A DNA stretch of 64,000 nucleotides from the human T2T-CHM13v2.0 reference genome, Homo sapiens, in assembly GCF_009914755.1 (NCBI RefSeq), contig NC_060927.1; one strand, given 5' to 3'. A model generated the notes under the pieces. It worked only from the letters and a program-made list of their open reading frames with translations, made no database searches and was not told the origin of the DNA. This document shows positions 42,116-57,271 of this stretch, piece by piece. Each line of letters opens with the position of its first letter. Within the stretch, counting starts at the first letter, position 1. The position numbers and the translations under genes were made by a program.

Positions 42116-45093
42116 TCAAAATCCAGCAATCTAATAAAGTTAGTAGGACTGTGCCGTAATGCTGACCTTCCCTTCAGGAACCCATTTTTAAGTTAGCGTT
42201 CCTATCTACCTAAGGTTGCTTACTGTCTTTCTGTACCCAAGTTCAGATCTGTAATAACCTTGTTCTTTTTAATATCTTCCTAAGGAAAAAGGAATGGAGG
42301 CCTAAATAGGAAGTTTTCCAGATGTGCATACCTCCTCAAATTTACAAGGGATATAAGGATTAAACACAGGCCATGTCTATTGGAATCGTCCAGTCCAATG
42401 GGAGAGGACAGGCATTTAAAGAGGATTTTAATATTGTATGGTAATTAGTATGCATAGGATGCTATGGGAACACAGAGATAAGTTATCCTGGGGAATGAAG
42501 ATCTTGTACTTAGAAATGTTCCATTAAAATGTGCCACCATGTATTCTTAGATAAACCACTTCGCATCTTTGGACTTTGATTTTCTAAAATTTGTCAAATG
42601 AGAGGATTGAAATATATTCTCCAAGATCCTTTCCAGTACTGTATTATTTCCGTGGTTCAGTTTTTGTGCCATTTTCTTTTAAAAGCATTAGCTCTAATTT
42701 TTTTCTATATGGTAATGCCTGTAAATCTTTGGAAGCAGAGACATATGTCAATAAATGACTAAACATTTCCCGGAATGAAAAGCTCACCTTTGAATGGTCT
42801 TAATTCAGTACCTCCTTGTTACATTATTGCTACCATATGTTATCGTGAAAAAAGAGGCTAATCCTGTGATGCCTGCTGTGTATATTTCCTCATCAATGAT
42901 GGGAATTGGGACTTGTGGCTAAATCTATGTGGGAATCTAAAACAAAAGATGACAATGCCACCTGATAAGCTTGCAGAAGTTCTTACAAGATTTACAGGTG
43001 TACACATAGTGGGAGTGCCACTAAACACACAGAAAAACCAAGATACAACTCTGTCTTGAGGCTACTGCATTTAACCATGACTTCACTCTAGGTGGTGGAT
43101 ATGATCCTGAAAAAGCTGTGTATATTGAGTTTTTGTAAATTGAATAATTTCAAAAACAGTGGGGCACTCACTATTTAAATGAATTGTGGAAAATCTTTTG
43201 CAAGAGAAATTGCCTTTTTTATAAGAAAAAAATTGTTACCTAATTTTTTTTAGCTTCCCACATAGAAGCAATTGGGTATCATAAAGCTACAATATCTCTT
43301 TAGAGAAAGGAGAGGATGATCTAGAAGGCTTTTCTGTTCTGCAGACACTGCTTCAATACAGCAGGAAGACGTAGTTTTTAGTAGGGCAGTGACCTGTGGA
43401 GAGAATAAAGTGAGCAGATACCACAGGTGCCTGAACTCTAAGGATGTCCATGCTGCATGACTAAGAATAGGAGGATGTATATGGGCCTTGGTGTTTGTTG
43501 CTTGACAGCAGGCATTTCAGAAATTTTAACCAGTTCATGTAAGATTGTAAAATAGATTAGATTCAGTCACCCTGCCCTTCTTTCCTTTTCAGCAGCATGA
43601 AACAATGTGAGATACAGGATTGAGGGTCAAAAGACTTCGAATTGAGATCTGGCTCCACTGTTAGCCTTATGGCCTTATCAGGTTTACATAATCTCCTTGA
43701 GCCTTTCTCCCATCTATTTGACAGATTTCCGCTGGAGGTCTACTATATATCAGGCACTGTTCAAGGTTCTAGAATAACAGACAAAAATTAGTTTCATTAC
43801 CTGTAAAGTGGAGATAACATTATGTATTTCTGATACCACTGTTGTGATAATTAAATAAAATAAGGTACCATAAAAGCATTTTGTAAAAGCTAAAGAGCCA
43901 TACTAGTAGTTAGTGTTACATCTTTCCCTGTTTCCAGCCGCAGGTATCTGATCTACCTTGGTTCCTTTTTTGAGTTCCCAAAATTTTGTTATGTAAGTGA
44001 TTGTTTATTTTGCACACTTCTGGGATGAGGAATCTTCTTTTTGTTGTTGTTATTTAGTTGAGGGCCACCGACTCAAGACAATATCATCAAAGGCTTTCTT
44101 TTGTGTTTTTCAAAAGGCAATATAACTTAGTTTTTTTTTTTAATGACAAAAACATTACCCATTAACTCAGCTATATTTAATAATTAGGGGCAGAACCACA
44201 TAAATCTTAATTTTATTTAATAAGTGAATTCTAAAATAGCTCTCCTTCAGTTTTACTTGTAACTAATTAAGGAAGGATGGCTACAGAGGAAAATGAAGGA
44301 AGAGAGAAATACACAGAAGGCCTTTAAAAGGTAGTGCTTGTATTTGTTTCCCTATCCAATCAAAGCCTAGAACATTGCTTTCAGAATATTTTTAAGCAAA
44401 ACAAAAGCATTCACGGATCTTAGAAAGTTAGCTTCTTTCTTAACATTCTTCCCTAACACGTAGTTGCTCATTGTGCTTATTCACAGTTTGCCTCCAGCTT
44501 TTCAGACTCATTTCTCACTGTCCCCTCAATCCTGAATTTTGCTGTACTCTGGATTACCCTCTCCCTGCACACATGCTGGACTTTTAAGACCTGGTGCTAT
44601 TATTGCACAGCTGCCTTTGTTTGGAATGCTCTTGTCCTGGTTCTCTTACCTTAACGTTGATTTTCTTTATTTCATTCTCCGAGGATAAAGGCATTGCCTA
44701 TTGTTGAAAAAGACTCATCTCTTGTCTTCTGCATGACCTTGCTTAAGATTTCATCTCTCTTTTTCCTTCTGTTCATATTCTCATTTTCTACTGATTGCTC
44801 TTTCTATGGGTTGCTCCATTCTTGTAAATAAAGTAACAAATGAAAAACTCATCCTCACCTTCCTAATCACTCTTCCAAACATGAAAGATAAATCTCACTC
44901 GTTACTTATCCAGTTATTTGCCCTTTTCCACTGACACTGGCCTTCTGCCTTCTCTGTAATATTGATACTGTTCTTGCTAGGGAACCTAATTGCTAAATCC
45001 AGAGGAAGGTGTCAAATGTTCACTGATGTGTTTGACACTGTATATCTTCCCTTTGGAAGTCGCTTGGCTTCAGGACACTGCATTCTTTGTTCC

Positions 45094-45236
45094 TTTTTAA
45101 AATTTTTAAATAGTTTTGTAAAGACAAGATCTTGCTATGTTGCCTAGGCTAGTCCCGAAGTCTTGGCCCCAAGTGATCCTCCTGCCTCAGCCTCCCAAAG
45201 TGTCAAGATTACAGGCATGAGCCACCACCCCCAGCC
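45094..45236 (-). mobile_element. FLAM/Alu monomer within an antisense L2 region (~44450-46240)
   Basis: Antisense left arm. L2 3'-end motif tgtctgcttccccactagatagtgggttctctgaggacag near 46100. Confidence 0.78.
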
Positions 45237-48200
45237 TCTTTGTTCTCTTCATACTTGTTTTATCGAAGTTTCTTTTCACTCTTCTTGTTCTTTCCCTTTG
45301 TCTACCTCATTAAATGTAGATGTTCCTCCGGGCCCCCTTTTCCTGCCCACTTCTTTTTTTATACTGCATATTCTCCCTGGTCCATCTACTCTCAAGGTGT
45401 CAGTTACCTCTTAAGTACAATCAGTTCCCTAATCATTACCTTTAGTCCAAAACTTTGTCCTCATCTTTAGACATATGTGCAGCTGCCTGCTGGACATCTC
45501 CATCTGGGTGGTTAAGAGTCGTTTGATCCAATATTGAAATCCATGTTTTTCCTTCCTATTCCAGCTCTTCTATTCTGTATTTTAAGTGGGACACCGATGG
45601 TCACCTATTTCAAGTTCTCATTAACTTTCACCTAGAACTTCTGCAAGTCTCATCATGATTTCCATTTAGTAACCTGAATGAACTATTTAAAATGCAAATT
45701 TGACCTTTTTACTCCTTTGCTTAAAGTTTTTCAGGAGCTTCTTACATCCTATAGGTAGTTTATGGCCCTCCTGTGATTTGACCCCTGCTTTCTTCTCCTG
45801 CCGTCTCTAATTATTTCCATGTCCAGACTTCCTTTTCCAGCAATACTGAACTGTTTGCACTTCCATACACACATTGTTGCATTCCTCCTCCTTGTCTTTA
45901 CTGTCTGCTACTACAGTTTCCCTTCCTCCCCTTTCCTTTTCTTGATTAAATTCATATTCATCTTTTGAGACTGAGTATTTCCTTTTCCAGAAACTCTTCT
46001 CTAACTCTCTAGATTGTATTGAGCGTCTATGCCCCCTCCATGCCCTCTTTCAATACTGCAAGTATCTTTATCTCTGGACACAACACAATGGTCTGTTTAT
46101 GTGTCTGCTTCCCCACTAGATAGTGGGTTCTCTGAGGACAGACAGGCTGAATGTTTCATTCCTTTTTGCATCCTTAGCATCCAGCATAGGGCTTGACACA
46201 TAGATTGAGGACAGTAAATCTTTGCCATATTGAATTGAGCAGCAAGAGAGTCAAAGGATGAGATAAGGGATAGAAGGTAACAATGAAGAGAGGGAAGTAT
46301 CCTAGGATTAGAAGTATATGTTAATATGTTGGAAGTCATCCTTACTGTCTTCAAATATAAGCTTTAGAATGCTTTCACTCTTATGTCCTATGAAATATAA
46401 ATTAATTACTAATTTTCAACCATACCACATCATAAATCTTTAGAGATTTAGCTCTGAATGAGAGAGCCATAGCAGCCCACAATACTGGAAAGTATTATCT
46501 AGTCCATGGCAGCTCTGAGCAGAGCAAAGGCAAATGGAATAAAATTGAGGACCAAGTTTCTCTTACCATATATTGACACTTGGCTCTCAAGGAACCATTT
46601 TTCTGAAAATTCGGTCTTCTTTTTTCCTCAGTGTGAAACTCCAACCTCAGGCCACCCAAGCTGTGTGTTTCTTTCTCTTTAGTGAAAAAGTTCCTTTGGG
46701 CTATTGCTTTGTCTATACCTTTATGAGTTTTGTGTGCCTTCTTCCACACAGCTTTTTTGGCTTCCTGTTTTTTCAACTGCAAAGTGGGATTGTGGGAATG
46801 GTTTAACTTCCCCATTCTAAGGGCTCTTCAGAACTATCACAAACAATATATTTGTTTTCTTGAAAACAGCTTTAATTGTAAACAGTTTACTAATGGTAGA
46901 ATAGAGATTTGGAGAACCAAAACATCATTGTGATTGGAAAATGTTGAAAGTACACAGCAAGCATTCATGATCTGACTGCTTACTTCTCCTGCCTTGCCTT
47001 TCTTTGATTTGCCACATACTTTGATGTAACCATGAGACACTACATAGAGTTAATTGAATGTGCCGTGCCCCTGTGTCTTTATTTGTACTACTTGTGCTTC
47101 CTGAAAGGCTTTCTTCTCCTGTGTCTTTACCTGGATAATCTTCAAGACTCAACTCAGTTGTTGCATCGTCTAGCATCAGGACTTAATCCTTCCTTAAATT
47201 ATTTCCATTTGTGTTAGAAACCACAATACCATTGATTACCTGTCATAGCAGTTAGCCCACTGTATTATAATCAGGGTTTGTCTGTCTTCCCCAACACCTC
47301 ACTTTCGACAACACTGAGATCCCCTTGAAGGCAGTGACTATAACTTTTATTTCAGTATCTCCAGGACAAAGAAAGTTTTCAGTACTTATTTGTTGAACTT
47401 ATCAGTGACTTATGAAAAAAATTATGAAAATATCAATGATGAGCAAAAGCAACTCGTTGGTTCCCTGTAAATATAAACAAATGACAGCTGCATTAACCGA
47501 AGTAACTAGTCAGCAAGTAGTGGTATATATAAAATCTTTTTATAAAGTGTAAAGTGCTATAGAAGCATTAATTATTGTTACTGGATTAGAATTTCCTACA
47601 CCTTCCGTTACATAAGGCTGATTACGTACCTGCTCGCACCTCTCCCTCATTCACCCTTGTCTGATGTTCCTAAACACCCCATGCTTGTTTTTTTCTGAAG
47701 AACAGCTGTTGTGCTCTCTGCTTCTCCTCTCTCAGCCTAGGCATTAAACTGCCTTTGTTTCCTTGAGCTTTTCTCAAGTTCTAGGGTTTGTTCGTTCTTT
47801 TCTTCTTTCTATCTAGGACTGTTCTTCCATTCCTGTCCTCCCAAGCACAACTATAATCCCTTTTCCAGGATATATACCTCTTATCTCTTTCTCTGTTCAG
47901 GGGGCCTGACAACTTCGTACAATAATTTCAGCCTGATTTAATCCTGTACAAAGAGGCTTGGGCTTCGTGAGAGGAAATTGAGATCCCCTTTCTCTATCAT
48001 GGACTGAATCTTTGAAGGCCCTCAATAACACAACTGAAAACTGTTTCTTTTATATTTCTAGATTCCAGTGATATAGTGTGAATCCTTTTTTGTTGTACCT
48101 TGTAATGCAACTGTAGCAATACATATGAATATATATTTCCCTCTTCTGTCCCTCTCTTCCCCTGATGAATAGCTAATGGTGAGAATTTAAGTTCTAGAGT

Positions 48201-48508
48201 CCTGTGTTCACTAACATTTTAACTGTTAGATAAAAGGGCACCAATGAAAGATTGATGAAATAATTAGCAAACTGCTACTAACTTGAATGTGTTAGTTGCC
48301 ATGAAGGCTACGAAACCAGTGAAATACTTGAAATCAAATAATTATAGAATATATGCTTTCAGTCTTGTAGGACTTATAGAGAATCTCAAGGAAGACAGAA
48401 TTAGGATAGTGTAATGGAAAGAGCATTGCAAACACTTAAAACACCTGGGTTCAAGTCTGTACTCTGCCAACTAACTTTTTGTGTCACCATAGGCAGTTTA
48501 ACTGTTCA

Positions 48509-48873
<365 letters not shown>

Positions 48874-51800
48874 TTATGAAATCAAGTGATCTGTAGAAAT
48901 CAAGTGGTTTCTAAAGGTTGGACTGTTTGACTATATAAAGAACTCTTTATATAGTCAAACAATATCACAGTCTCAGTGGACTGTAGAAGTCAAAATGTTT
49001 CACAGAAGTCACAGATCTGAGCTGGGTTTTGATGGAAGAATGGGATTTAGATTAGTGAGGTGGGAGAGAGGCATTTCAGTTAAGAGTAAGAGAAAGAGCC
49101 AAAGCATAACATCAGTAATGAGTAAGATGTGTGTAGTGCAGATGTAGGCTAGTTGGCATAAAGGTTTCAAGGCAGGGAAAAGAGGGAAAGGCTTGGATAA
49201 ACAAGGTGGGAAAAATGATAATACATAATGTATTGGGCATGTATTTTGTGACAGGCAGGCACTGTTCTAAGTAGATGTATTAACTCATTTACTAGGATAT
49301 CAAGTAGATTACTACTATTAACCTAATTTTACAAATGAGGAAACTATAGCTCACAGTGAATTCGGAATTTGTACCCAGGGAGTCCAGCTCCAGAGTTCAT
49401 GCTTCCATGCTCCTAACCATCATGCTCTGTGATTAATGGATAACAATTTGTTCCATATTTCTCCTTTCCACTGAACACCTTGGTATTTCTTTTTCTCAGT
49501 GACACAGATACATGTTTGACCTTGAACAATTTCTTATTCTCTCTGAACTTTCTTCATCTAAAAAGAGGAGATAAAGTATATCTCAAACTAATTGAAATAA
49601 ACCTTGAAAATGTCTAACAATATGATTGACACTTGACAGATGTTCAGTGAATGTTCCACCATGACAAGCAGATTTTCATAGCAGCTTTAAGACAACAGCT
49701 TACTACATGAGTATTTATAGGAGCCTTCAAGTGAGGATAGGAGCCTGTCATTTGTGAACAGATTTTCATGACACTAAAAAATGATTTAGAAAAATAGAAC
49801 AAACCTAGATGAATATTCCTTCATTTTGGTTCGAGCAATTTGTTGTACATGGTTTGGAAAACATTGATTAGCACTGTTTTGAAACAGTCTCTGGGGAAGA
49901 TGTTTTTAAGCTGACTTATATGTGGAAACTTCATACTTTGAGCACTATCACATTCATGTCTCATTTAATCCTCCACACAATAGAATCTGTGGTGCAGTAC
50001 TAATACTATTCTCATTTTACATATGAAGGAATTAAGGTCTAAGTAGGTTAAGATGATTACCCAAGCTCAAATAGCCAGGAAGTGATAGAGTCAGGACTAG
50101 AACCCAGATTTGTGGGTTCTATAGGTTCTGTGGCCTGGAAAAGAGAATGTTCTACAGAAGGGACAAATCTGAGCTGAGCTTTGAAAGATGAGTGGGATTT
50201 AGATTAGTGAGGAAGGAAAGAGGCATTTCAGTAAAAAGGAAGAGATAGTAAAAATATAGTAACAGTAATGGGAAAGAAGTGTGTAGAGCAGATGTAGGCT
50301 AGTTGGCATAAAGGTTTCAGGGCAGGGAAAGGAAGAAGTTTGGATAAGCAGCGTGACTTTGGATCCTGTGTGTATTTCTTGAGGCTTCCTAGACTGAGTG
50401 CCAGGTGCCATAGAGCCAGGTGGTTAGCTAATCTGGTTGGAAATTTTGTGGGCAAAAATATCAGTTCTTCCAACCATTTAATAGACTTGTTTTCCAAGGG
50501 CATTTAGCTTAATGATTTCCCTTTGGTGCTAGCTTGGAATTCTCTTGCAGAAACATCTAGATTCTGATACAAAAGGCCAATGAACAGCGCCATGAAGAGT
50601 AGTGATGGGAGGATTGAGACTAGTTTAATTCATGCCGTAACAATTTGCTATTCTTCTCTGAATCTCAGTTTCCTCATCCTTAAAATTGGAATAATTTTAC
50701 TTGTCCTAATTTCTTCATGAGATAATGTCTATGGGAGGACTTTGCAAACTGTAACAAAAACAACAGATTTCAATATGTATTGTCTGAAACTCTAGTAACT
50801 GGTGGGATTGAGAGTAGGTAGATATGAGGAAGAGTTCCCCACTTAGTTTCCTTTTAGGTATTGTCATGGGCACTTTTTCTAGTTATGAGAGTAAGAACTT
50901 AGGGGAGGAAATAGGTTTTCTCAAGTATCAGGGCTGTTGAGTCTAGTTAGAACTGTGTAGGTAGTGAATTTTGTTTTCTTACTTTTTGGTGCCTTCTCTC
51001 TCCAATGATGCCTCTTATTCTCTGTCTGTGGACATATATCTTATGACCTGGGACTCATTCCAGATGTGAACGTGTTTTCTGAATCAAAATTGGGACATGA
51101 AGTCTTATTTGCCAGTGCAAGAAATAGTCTGGGAGATTTTTAGATGCTGAAATGGGGGAATTTGGAGGGAATTTTGGTGGTTGGAGACTACAAGACTGAA
51201 AATGTGAAATCAGCAGGTTCTTGGGACATTTAAGGCAAATTGTTGTTGGCATCCCTATTTCCTAGCCCTTAGTATTCAGTAGAGTGAGCCCGTGAGCTAA
51301 CCATGTTAGCTCAACTATGAGTTGCTAATGGTTACTGGCAACCCTTTTTCAGGTTTCTGCATTTTCATAGAAGGAGCTGGGAAACAGAAAAACTTCTCTG
51401 ACACTAAGTCATGAATAGTGGAATTTCAGCACTATGATCAGAGGAAAAGGAAAAGTATTCTTTATTGCCACCCACCTACATGAAAAGTCTACTCTTTGAA
51501 AGAATAAAACATCAGTTAACTTGGCAAAATGGGATGAGACTAATTTTCCTGTAGCCTCCAGATAACTTATGCAGTCAGGTTTGTTTGAAAAAAATGCACT
51601 CAACTTAACTGTGACCCTTGGAAGGAAATTGTAGTATTTCTGATTCCTTATTAAGGTCATATATTTAAGTAAAACTTTACAATTTATGTACTTTGACTTG
51701 TATGTACCATTGCACTTAATTGTCACCTTGACCTTGTGAGGTAAATTGGTATAATTTCCTGCTTAGATTAGGAATCCAAGGCTCAGAGAGCTTGCGATTT

Positions 51801-53750
51801 TGCTTAAAGTTATAACACCGAAATAAAGCTGTGTCTAAAATCAATACTCTTCTCACTCTGTACCCTTTCTCTGTGCGGCTAAGCTCCTTTCTGATCTCTG
51901 CATTAGTCAATTGATGATGCTTTTGCTTAGAAGCACCAGGGATAGATAAAAAAATTGCTTAAGATGGCAAGAGCCTGTATGGTTTGTGACAGATGTTGCG
52001 TAGGTTGGATGAAAATAATTTAAAGATCGTCTCCTTTCCCTATATGTTTTTGTTAATGCTTATAATACTTCTATGACTTAGAGTTCTTCTGGTATATTTC
52101 AGACTGATTCTGAGTTGTCAGGAAAGAGGATTTTCACTCCAGAGCTCAGTTCTTTTAAAGCTTCTTATTTTTCTTTGTACCTGGAAATTTATTTCTTAGC
52201 CAGAACTCAGAGTGGCATCAGACTTAAACTTAAGTTCCTACTAAAAAGACTGTTCTCTGCTGGTCTGTTTTTTTTCCTGTCCTCTTCCCCCCCACCCTGG
52301 CCCCCCACATAATTAGTCCCTCTTGCAACATCCTCCTCTTCTTCTGTCCCCCCAGTTGATTCCAGCTGTAGTGATATGGAAGGTTCCTGGAGTAGAAGGG
52401 CAGTGGGTTTTGGAGTAGGGAAAGGATTTGAAGCACCTGGCCCTCTGACTCGGGATACCCCCTGAAAGTTCTGGGAGGTTCCCTGCTGCTATGCCCACTT
52501 CCCAGGATCCTGTGCTTTCCCCCAGACCCTTAGGAGAAAGATCTAGGTAGCAGCTTTGAAGGAAGAAGGACTCTCCAGAGATTCTTCAGTGCTGATTTAG
52601 TTTTTCCCCTAGATGTATCTTAGAAACAGGCACCTAGATATAAACTTTTTGTTTGACTTTAATGATTTACCTCCTCTCCCCTTCTTGGGGGTATTTATTT
52701 TGAGGTTTCCCATGTACTTCATATATTCTTTCATGAATTATTCAGTAGGAATTGGTGCTGTAACGCGAGCACAAGAAACATTGCCCTGTCTTCACAAAGC
52801 CTATAGTTTAGTGGAGGAGACAAGCTATTAAACAAGCAATGTAATAAAGTATGATTTATTATATCAGTATGATTAAAGGATGTTTTAAATAGAAAACATT
52901 TATCTCATAATTTTACCATAGCAGTAGAGGAGCTGCTTTCACATTTTTTGTATTCTCTTCTAATATTTGTTCATATACACACATTTTTACATAATTGTGG
53001 TTGTACTCTAGCTATAACTTCATATTTTTTTCACTTATAAATAATTTTGACATATGCCAGTCTTAAAAATTGTATTTTTTCATGGCTAATGTACCATGAT
53101 TTCTTCAATTTATAATTCTGTTAAAGAACTGTATTGACTTCCAATTTTTCACCATTATGACATAGTACAACCATAGGCATTCTCAATTTTCAGGAGACCA
53201 ACTACTTGATCAAAGATTATTATATCTGTAACTCTTGGTAATGTTACTATATTGCAATATCTGAAAAGATTCTATGAAAGGTTTTTTTCTATTATATTTG
53301 CAGTCTATCAACCATTTTTACCTCACTTTGCAGCACATGGTATTATCTTTTTTAGTGTTAATATCCATAAAGCAGTATTTGCCCATTTTAACATGTATTT
53401 CTATGAGTATACCAGGTAAGATTAAATGTTTTCCCCAATGTTTGTTTAAAAATATGTGAAATGTCATGCTACTTTGGAGGCTGAGGTGGGTGGACCACTT
53501 GAGCCCTGTGACCAGCCTGGGCAGCATAGCAACATCTTGTTTCTACAAATAAATAAATAAATTTTTAAAAATGTGAAACGTCAGTTCTTGTCTTTTGGCA
53601 GTTTGTTTGTTTACTTGGTGGTTTGATTTTAAATGGGCTATTCACTGTTAAAGATGAGGAATGGGTAGCAGCAGCTAGAATGGCTTCTTGGGTGTTCGTT
53701 CCAACTTGGCAGAAAACATCAGTGATTGTGAAGATAAGAATCAGATTCTT

Positions 53751-54061
53751 GGCTGGGCGCGGTGGCTCATGCCTGTAATCCCAGCACTTTGGGAGGCCGA
53801 GGTGGGCAGATGACCCAAGCTCAGGAGCTCGAGACCAGCCTGGCCAGCGTAACGAAACCCCGTCTCTATTAAAAATATGAAAAACAAATCAGCTGAGTGT
53901 GGTGGTGTGCACCTGTAATCTCAGCTACTTTGGAGGTTGAGGCACAAGAATCCCTTGAGCCCAGGAGTAAGAGGTTGCAGTGAGCTGAGATCACACTGCC
54001 TCACTCCAGCCTGGGTGACAGAGTAAGATTGCAAGGCTCTGTGTCAAAAAAAAAAAAAAAA
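53751..54061 (+). mobile_element. AluS (a small Alu fragment also lies at ~53465-53562)
   Basis: Full dimer with A-tail. Confidence 0.9.
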
Positions 54062-54196
54062 GAGGTTCTTTCAGCTAAAATCAGTACTACATACAGGACT
54101 GACACCTGTGGGGTCTATACTAGGCTGTGAGTTCCATCAGGGCAAAGGCCATGCTTTATTCTTTGCCTCAGCCTTTAGCAGCCTGGCTGATGGTAG

Positions 54197-54843
<647 letters not shown>

Positions 54844-56044
54844 TGAATATGGTGGTCTCAGGTAACATACTGGAGATTATAGCTGCAATATGAGAGCAAC
54901 ACCCTGCAGAGATAGAATGTAGAATGCACACCCGGTGGTGGAGGAGTAGAGAAATGCTTACAAGAGTAGTAGGAAGTTGTCAGAAATAACAGCTACATTT
55001 ATTGACCAGAATCCCAGGAATACGAGAACTGGCAAGTAATCTTAGTGTTTACCTGAGCCTTGGTGTCCTTATATGTTAAATGTGGATGAGAATGCCTATT
55101 TTCCAGGGTTATTGTGCCACTTAAAGTGGGTTATGAAAGTGCTCTGTAAATTCAAAAGTGCTTTATAAATAAAAAAAAAATCATTGTCATCACCATCATG
55201 TAGGAAGCTAGGGAATACAGGGATAAAATTTCTTTTTATTATTTTTTCAGGAGCTAGGTTTATTCTTCATATTTTTAGCTAATCTTTATCATTTGAAGGT
55301 GAAATTGAAGTTTATAAAGTAGTATTTTCCCCCCCCACCCCCAAAGAAACAGTGAAGAAGTAGAGAGGATAGGGAGGTAGCTTTGGGGAGTGTAAGACTT
55401 CTTTAGCTTTTCATCATGTTAAATGAATAGCTTCTTTCTGCCCAAGTCTTTTTCTGAGAGGATGGTGAAAAGAGGAAGGCACACTGTGGACCATGTTCAG
55501 AGTCAGTATTTTACTTGATTGAAGCAGTGGGACAAGATGAGGAGGAATTATGAGTTAATCTTTGAATAGTAGGATGGAATCTGCTAAGGAGAACCTTGAA
55601 TACAAAGCTCACATATTTTTTCTTTATCTTGTAGTCAGTAGAAAGTTGTGAAGGTTTTGATCAGGGGAGTGAGTTGATAAGTGCTGTACTTAAGAAGGTT
55701 TATCTGAAGACAGTGTAGAAAATGGGCTGTGGGGGGCATGGGTGGAGAACTTGTGCAGTCCTGGAGACCAACTAGGAGCATGTTTTGGTTGTCCGTCTGT
55801 GAGGTACTGGATGTTTGAACTAGAACCGTAGCAGTGGAAAAGAAGGAGTGGATACAGGGGTGTCTTGAGAGTGTAGTCCTGGGGTAAAGGAGCTTTGGGG
55901 ACCTTATGACCCTCAATCTGTTATTGCTTCCAAAGGTTTGTTTTCTCTGTAGACTTTTAAAAAATCAAAGTATAAAACTGACATACATAAACGTGCAGAA
56001 ATAGTAAGTTTGTAACTCATTGAGTTTTTAGTATAAAATTATAA

Positions 56045-56407
<363 letters not shown>

Positions 56408-56893
56408 TGACTTCTTCTCCCTGAACAGATAACCACTATTTTGCTTCCTTCAGCATATGTTAATTTTGCCTACTTTTGAGCTTTATATAAACGAAATCCT
56501 ACAGTAGAAACTCTTTTTGTGTCTGGTTTCTTTTGTTTAACATAATATTCATGAGATGCATTTGTTTTCTTGTAGATAGCATTAGTTCATTCTTTGACAT
56601 TGCTGATTTGTATTTCATTCTCTGAATATATCACAGTTTATGCATTCTGCTATAATGGATACTTAAGTTGTTCCCAGTTTGGGGCTACTGTGAATAATGG
56701 TGATAAGAACAATTTTTGTACATGATGTTGGTGATTATAAGCTCTTATTCCTGCTGGGTGTGTACCCAGGAGTGGCATTTGCTGGGTTATAGGGCATATG
56801 TATATTCAGCTTTTAGTAGTTTTACAGTTTTACAGAATGATTGTACCAGTTTACACTCCCACCAGCAGTATATGAGAGTTCCTCACCAAAACT

Positions 56894-57271
56894 GTGTCTT
56901 GTCAGCTCAGGCTGCTGTAACAAAGACCTTAGACTGGGAGGCTTAAACAACAGAAATTTATTTCTCACAGTTCTGGAGGCTGAATGTCTGAGATCAGGGT
57001 GCCAGCGTGATTGGGTTCTGGTGAGGGCCCTCTTTCTGGCTTGTAGACGGCACCTTCTTGCTATGCCCCTACATGGTGAAGGGAGAGAGCCTTGGTCTCT
57101 TCATCCCTTTATAAGGACACCATTCCCATCATGGGGGGGGAGGGGCTCTCTTCTCTTGACTTCATCTACACTAATTACTCCCAAAGGTTCCACCTCCAAA
57201 CGTCATCACAATGGGGGATTAGGGCTTTAATATATGTGTTTGGGAGTGACACAAACATTCAGTCCATAGCA
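56894..57271 (-). mobile_element. MLT1A-type MaLR LTR nested in L1M
   Basis: gctcaggctgctgtaacaaa...ttatttctcacagttctggaggctg...aacattcagtccatagca. Confidence 0.82.

Noticed and set aside
51424-51441. TTCAGCACTATGATCAG as an RE1/NRSE (REST) site
   Set aside because: Only the left half matches; the GGACAG half is poor. I found no convincing RE1 in the window.
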